From Eledone cirrhosa (lineage: Eukaryota), in assembly GCA_964016885.1 (NCBI GenBank), contig OZ024741.1, forward strand, positions 24,738,001-24,802,000: DNA of 64,000 bases, given 5' to 3'. Under the pieces are notes generated by a model. The model was not told where the DNA came from and searched no databases. It worked only from the letters and a program-made list of their open reading frames with translations. The position numbers and the translations under genes were made by a program. Below are positions 44,011 through 64,000 of the stretch, in pieces. Positions within the stretch are counted from its first letter, which is position 1. Every line of letters starts with the position of its first letter.

Positions 44011-45452
44011 GGTGATACATTTTATAGCAAAGTGATTGATGAACGTGTTTAAAAGAAACAATGAATTTAACTGATTTACAAATAAAATTTAAATATTTCA
44101 TTATTTGTAGGCTTTATTTTCTCAGATTTCTCTTGTAACCAACAAGGGTTATCATGGCAGGCCTGTAACCAGGGTGTTACTAATGGGAGGGACATCACGT
44201 CCTGCGGAGAGGGGTATCAAGCCCAAAGCGTGGTCTGTTGGTAGAAGTGCATTTTCTCACATTAAAATTAGCTCATATCACATTTAGAAATGAGGGCAGG
44301 TGACAATGACGACAACAACAATGAATAATGTTCCAAGCGAAAGGAATAAGGCTCCACAACCCCACTCTTCCCCAGTTGATTGCATCATGGACTGCATGTC
44401 CTGCTTTCCAAGTCCCCTTTTGCCATTGTTAACTGTGTCTCATATCACCATCCTCTGTAGACACTATAGGGATATCACAAGATATACTACAGTGTAGAAA
44501 CCAAAGGAATATCACAAGATATACTTCAGTGTAGAGATGTTACAGCATTATATGATATTCTATGATATGTAATCTTCATGATATCAAACAACATTATGAA
44601 GTACAAAGAATTTATAGTGTCATATGACTGTGGAAAGATCTTGTATGATCACACATCTAATGTCGAAAGTTTGTCAAAAGCCAAGAGGCTTGTCAGGCCA
44701 GTGCTTATCCCAGTTCAAGGTATGAAGTGACTGAGAGCGTAAGACTTTCCCCTGGATAGGATGCCTGTCCATCACAGGGTTAAACCTCCATCTATTGCTG
44801 GTACACATTTTCAGCTGAGTATACTAGAGCAATGTGAAATGAAGTGTTTTGCCAAAGAATACAACATACAACCCAGTCAAGGAATCAAACCCAAAACACT
44901 ATGATTGTAAGTTCAACACTCTTACCACAAAGCCATACGTATTCACACATCTAGTGTAGTGACTGTTAAATTAAAGGTACACGTCACTAATAGAGACCTT
45001 ATAAGATCACATGACATGAATGGATATTATAGGGGGTCACTGAAATATCAGACACAAGTTAATAATGGAGGTCTTTAATAACACATGGCAGCATTTAATG
45101 TACAGAGCATCAACTTATATTGGATGTTAAATGATGATGATGTTGATGATTATGATGGTGGTGGTGGTGGTGGGGGTGATGGTGATGATTATTGAAGTGT
45201 AGTCAATAAGAAAGAATTTTTATCATCATAGGAGGACATCCACAGTGTAAGTAACCTTTGATGAGTCACAAAACACACAGAAGTAAAGCAACATTATAAC
45301 ATCACCACATAGTATCATCAAATGTTGTAGAGATCTTTGAACTACCACACAAAGCTAAAAATATGTATTACTTGAAGTATGTACCAAGTTCATTAGGCTG
45401 TTGATATCCTAGTTTCATTGGAATTAAGGGACAAAGAGAACATGATTCCCCG
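44011..45452. other. Non-palindromic spacer of the inverted duplication
   Basis: No mirror symmetry here. Contains one minus-strand SINE at ~44690-44940. Confidence 0.88.
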
Positions 45453-45948
45453 TTGGAGAAGACACTAGTCCATCACAAGAGCAAGCCCTAGCTGTAACTG
45501 GCACTAGTTTTAAGTAGAATCGACTGGATCAATGGAAAATTAAGTGTTTTGCTGAAGGACACAGTACGGTACTTGATCTAAGAATCAAAAACCTAACACC
45601 CTAACCACTAAGCCATACACTTCCACTTCAAGTATATATAGGCCTTAATATTTCACATATTATTAAATGTAGAAACATTTGTAATGTCATAAAAGATATG
45701 ACATCTCAAAGATGGCAACAAGAAATCAGGATTTATGGAATTATCTGGAAACAACAAATCAATTTGAGATCTGAAAGCAACAGCTCTTTCTTTGATCTCA
45801 GTTCTTAGGTCAGTGTTTGTGGAGTCTAAAACTATTAATTTTCTTCAAAACTGGTGTCAAATTTATTTTGAACAGTAAAGATGAAGTAAGTTTGATCCTT
45901 TACTTTACTGATAGCAATTGTGAACTCTGGTAAATAAGTTTTTGTTGA

Positions 45949-46032
45949 ATTTAAAGGTCGACCATCTGCTTCAGTCAATTTGTCTCTCATATTTCATCCA
46001 ATATTTAGTGAGATCATCCTTACTGAGTAAGC
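45949..46032 (+). promoter_or_regulatory. Candidate core promoter and non-coding first exon of copy B (mirror ~43431-43514 for copy A)
   Basis: ATTTAAAG at 45949, initiator-like TCAGT at 45971 and donor-like GTAAGC at 46027. The ATG exon begins with an acceptor, so an upstream UTR exon is expected. Motif-only support. Confidence 0.25.
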
Positions 46033-46874
46033 AACCCTCTCTTCTTACCTATCTATCTATTGATCTATTTATCTATACCAACTCCACCATACCAATACCA
46101 ACACCACTACTCCTATAATCACAGCCACATATGCAACTCATAGCATACAGAGTTAGCGGTGGTAGTGGAAGTGAAGGTGTGAGGATCAAATACCATTTTT
46201 TATTGCCTCCAATTGATTTCTTTGACCAGAATACTTTAAATTGAGGGAGATTCCCCATCTCAAACAGCATTTTGATTCACACTTGCTGTGAACATATGCC
46301 TTACTAGAAGTTTCCTTTGACAGAATATTCGAACAACTAGACTACAAACATCAGTGAGATTACTGGTTTCTTGGGCACACTTAAGGTTAGCAATGTTTGT
46401 TTTACAACATCTTTCTCTAAATTACATCAGTGAAATTCCTGATTTCTTCACAATAGATCCTGTAGACAAGGTTTGTCTCACAAAATCATTCTCTTCATTA
46501 CAGGGGGCTTTTTTCACATTTGATTTTTAGGGGTTCTTTTTTCTTCTTATTCTTTCCTAATCTTTCCTATATTTACAGTATATGTTCCTAATCTATTTCT
46601 TTCAAAATAACTATTTAGTCCTCATCATTTTATTTCACATTTTCTTTTCATTTACTGTCTAAAATCTATTACTTATTATAGTCAAAGTTCATTTTCTACA
46701 GAGTAAGATAACTTTTCTCCTTGAGTCAAACTGTGGTCACTCATATTCCTTGAAATAGTAGCCAATTATCCTTAAATCAAATACTTCTATTTTCAAAAAG
46801 GAAGTACGCATTATATGTAGCATTGTGTGTCAGCGACCAGGTTGTATATCAACAGTTACAACTGTATATCTCTA

Positions 46875-48157
46875 TATGAGGTGGCATCAAAGAGTTCCCA
46901 GACTAGTTGTGTTTAAAAAAAAACTAATACATTTACCTAAGTTTTAACATCATCTCCTTTGAAATAGTCACTTTGCACAGCAATACACCAGTCCCAGCAT
47001 TCCTGCCACTTCTGGAAGTTGTTTTCCATAAGCAAGTTGAGAACCTTCTGTGATTCGCTCTGGATCTCGGCAACAGTGTTAAAACTGAGTTTTGAGCTGC
47101 ATTTTCAGCTTGGAGAAGAGATGGAAATTCACAGGTGCTAAATCTGGTGAATAGGGCAGGTTTGGAAGTGATACAACGTTGTTTTTAGTGAGAAACTCAT
47201 GAGTGAGGAGAGCTCGGTGATGGGGTGCATTATCGTTGCAAAGAATTGAATTCTTTGCACTCCACAGACCCGGTTGCTTTTGCCAAACATCCTCCCTCAA
47301 ACAGCTCAGAACTCTCAATTGACTGTTTGGCCCTGGGAGATGAATTCTCAATGCACAATACCATGGATGTCGTAAAAAAACAATGAGCATGTTCTTGATT
47401 GAGCTGTGGCTCTATCGTTCCTTCTTCCATCATGGAGATGAAGGGCTTTTTCACTGTGTTGACTGCTGCTTCGTCTCAGGGCCATATTCGTAGACCCAAC
47501 TGTCATCACCGGAGATGATTCTCAACATGACAGATAGGTCATCAGTGTCACGCTGATGGAGATTTTGACAAAATTCGAGGAGCTGTTCTTTCTGCTCAGT
47601 GGTCAACAGGCGGGAGACAAACTTGGCAGTGACACATTCCCCGTTAGGATTGCCGCATGGACATGTATGACAGGCCAATAACATCAGCAATATCGTTGAT
47701 TGTCCTCCAATTATCCTCATGCACAAGCTGATTAATGTTCGCGATATTTCCAAGGGTGATGCTTATGGCAAGTTATCCAGATTGCTTGTCATCTTCCAGG
47801 GACATTCTTCTGCTTTTGAAACGCTTGTGTCACCCAAAACACTGTGTACGACCCGTTGCCTCGTTGCCCTAAGCTTGCCGAAGGATGCTCAATGTCTCTG
47901 TAACAGACTTTCCAAATTGAACACAAAATTTCACATTAGCCCTTCGATCCAACTTCTTGTTCATGACAAAATCACAAGCTACACCATACGTGATCACAAA
48001 AACACAAATTTCATAACTTGCAAGTGAACACAGCAATGTCACTTGGCACACTAACACATGAAGATCACTGCTAGCTCTCACTGTGTGCACAACCATGTGT
48101 TGCCATCTATTGGTACACTACAGAACTAGCCTGAAAACTTTTTGATAGCACATCATA
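46875..48157 (-). mobile_element. Decayed mariner transposon (mirror copy)
   Basis: Reverse complement of 41306-42588 with the same inactivating lesions and only a few substitutions. Confidence 0.9.
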
Positions 48158-48669
48158 TAGTATTGTTAGTAAGCAGGTTCTGTATCTAGACACATTATTG
48201 TATGTCTACGTAGAGTGTTGTGTGTCAGGGAGCACAACACAATATATATGTCTACGTAGAGTGTTGTGTGTCAGGGAGCACAACACAATGTTATGTCTAC
48301 GTAGAGTGTTGTGTGTCAGGGAGCACAACACAATGTTAACAACTCCTATCCCTCAAGTATGTCTACGTAGAGTGTTGTGTGTCAGGGAGCACAACACAAT
48401 GTTAACAACTCCTATCCCTCAAGTGAGCCTTCAGAAGAGTCTTTACATAATTTCTCATTTTGCTAGAAATGGCACAAAATTTCCCTCATGTTGATAATGA
48501 AGATAATGATGATATGATGATGGTGATAATGATAGTGTTGTTGAAGATGATGATAATGTTGATGATGCTGCTGCTAATGATGATAATGAAGATAATGTTG
48601 TTAAAATTGTTGTTGATGATGATGATTGCCATTTCACTAATAACTGTCTCCTCTCCCCACCACCACAGG

Positions 48670-63421
<14,752 letters not shown>

Positions 63422-64000
63422 GTAAGTTTTTCTTCACTTCTTTATTTGATATGTTGATTTAAATACAAATTTAAAACTCTTAAGTGTTAGAATATTGCTG
63501 TACTCACATAAAGATGATGTACTTCGATAGCTGTACTTCCATAGACAGATCTGTTTCTGAGAATCAGAGAAGATAGAATGTTCACCATCGATTACAGTAA
63601 TTACTATCAATTACCAATTATCGATTTTGGCAAACATCATTAAGACCATGATTCTCTTTGTGAGTATGTTTAGGTCTTAGCTAAAATATATCTCTTACAC
63701 TGTATATATATATAAATCACCATCATCATTATCATCAGCGTTTAACGTCCATTTTTCCATGCTAGCATGAAATATATATATATATATATATAACTTTAAT
63801 AATAACAATGTTGCTATTATTGGGTTTAAAGCTCAATGCAGTAGGGTTCATGCAGAGCTGATATATAAAGAATAAGAAACACCAAAGAATCTATATGTTA
63901 TCAAACTAACACATGTTTCAACTGATAGAGATTCATTCTGAGGATGTGAAATTATAAATTCAGAAATTTTAGAAATTTTTAGGAAGAAAGAATGTTTATC

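Noticed and set aside
43969-45494. Palindrome as a pure read fold-back artefact
   Set aside because: A unique spacer, a diverged inner edge and arm-specific insertions are not expected from a single folded read. A haplotype mis-join is not excluded.

Overview
AT-rich, repeat-dense animal genomic DNA. The RTE/SINE/microsatellite landscape looks like a coleoid cephalopod, probably an octopus (inference, no search run). Most of the window is one large inverted duplication. The left arm spans about 14433-44010 and the right arm about 45453 to beyond 64000, around a spacer of about 1.4 kb. Each arm carries a spliced copy of a secreted animal-heme-peroxidase-family (An_peroxidase) gene, and the two copies are arranged head-to-head. 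I traced 10 phase-compatible coding exons for copy A (minus strand, 40793 to 11506; 3' end outside the window) and 9 for copy B (plus strand, 48670 to 63421; continues past the window). The protein lacks the canonical catalytic residues: distal His is Asn, the heme-ester Asp and Glu are Ser and Asn, and the proximal His is Tyr (visible in copy A only). In place of the roughly 14-residue loop between CFPI and CxxxxRS, copy A has a ~1,709-aa insertion inside a single 5,204-bp open exon. It alternates (HYLPGHPHNG)n and (SSHAHSH)n blocks and ends in a Tyr-rich segment with a furin-type RNKR site. Copy B has only ~193 aa there, because of a clean in-frame 4,548-bp difference at a 3-bp microhomology. 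The introns hold a ~22-bp satellite (1-11.35 kb), RTE, CR1, Penelope (with hammerhead ribozymes) and R4/NeSL-like retroelements, mariner elements, SINEs and minisatellites.
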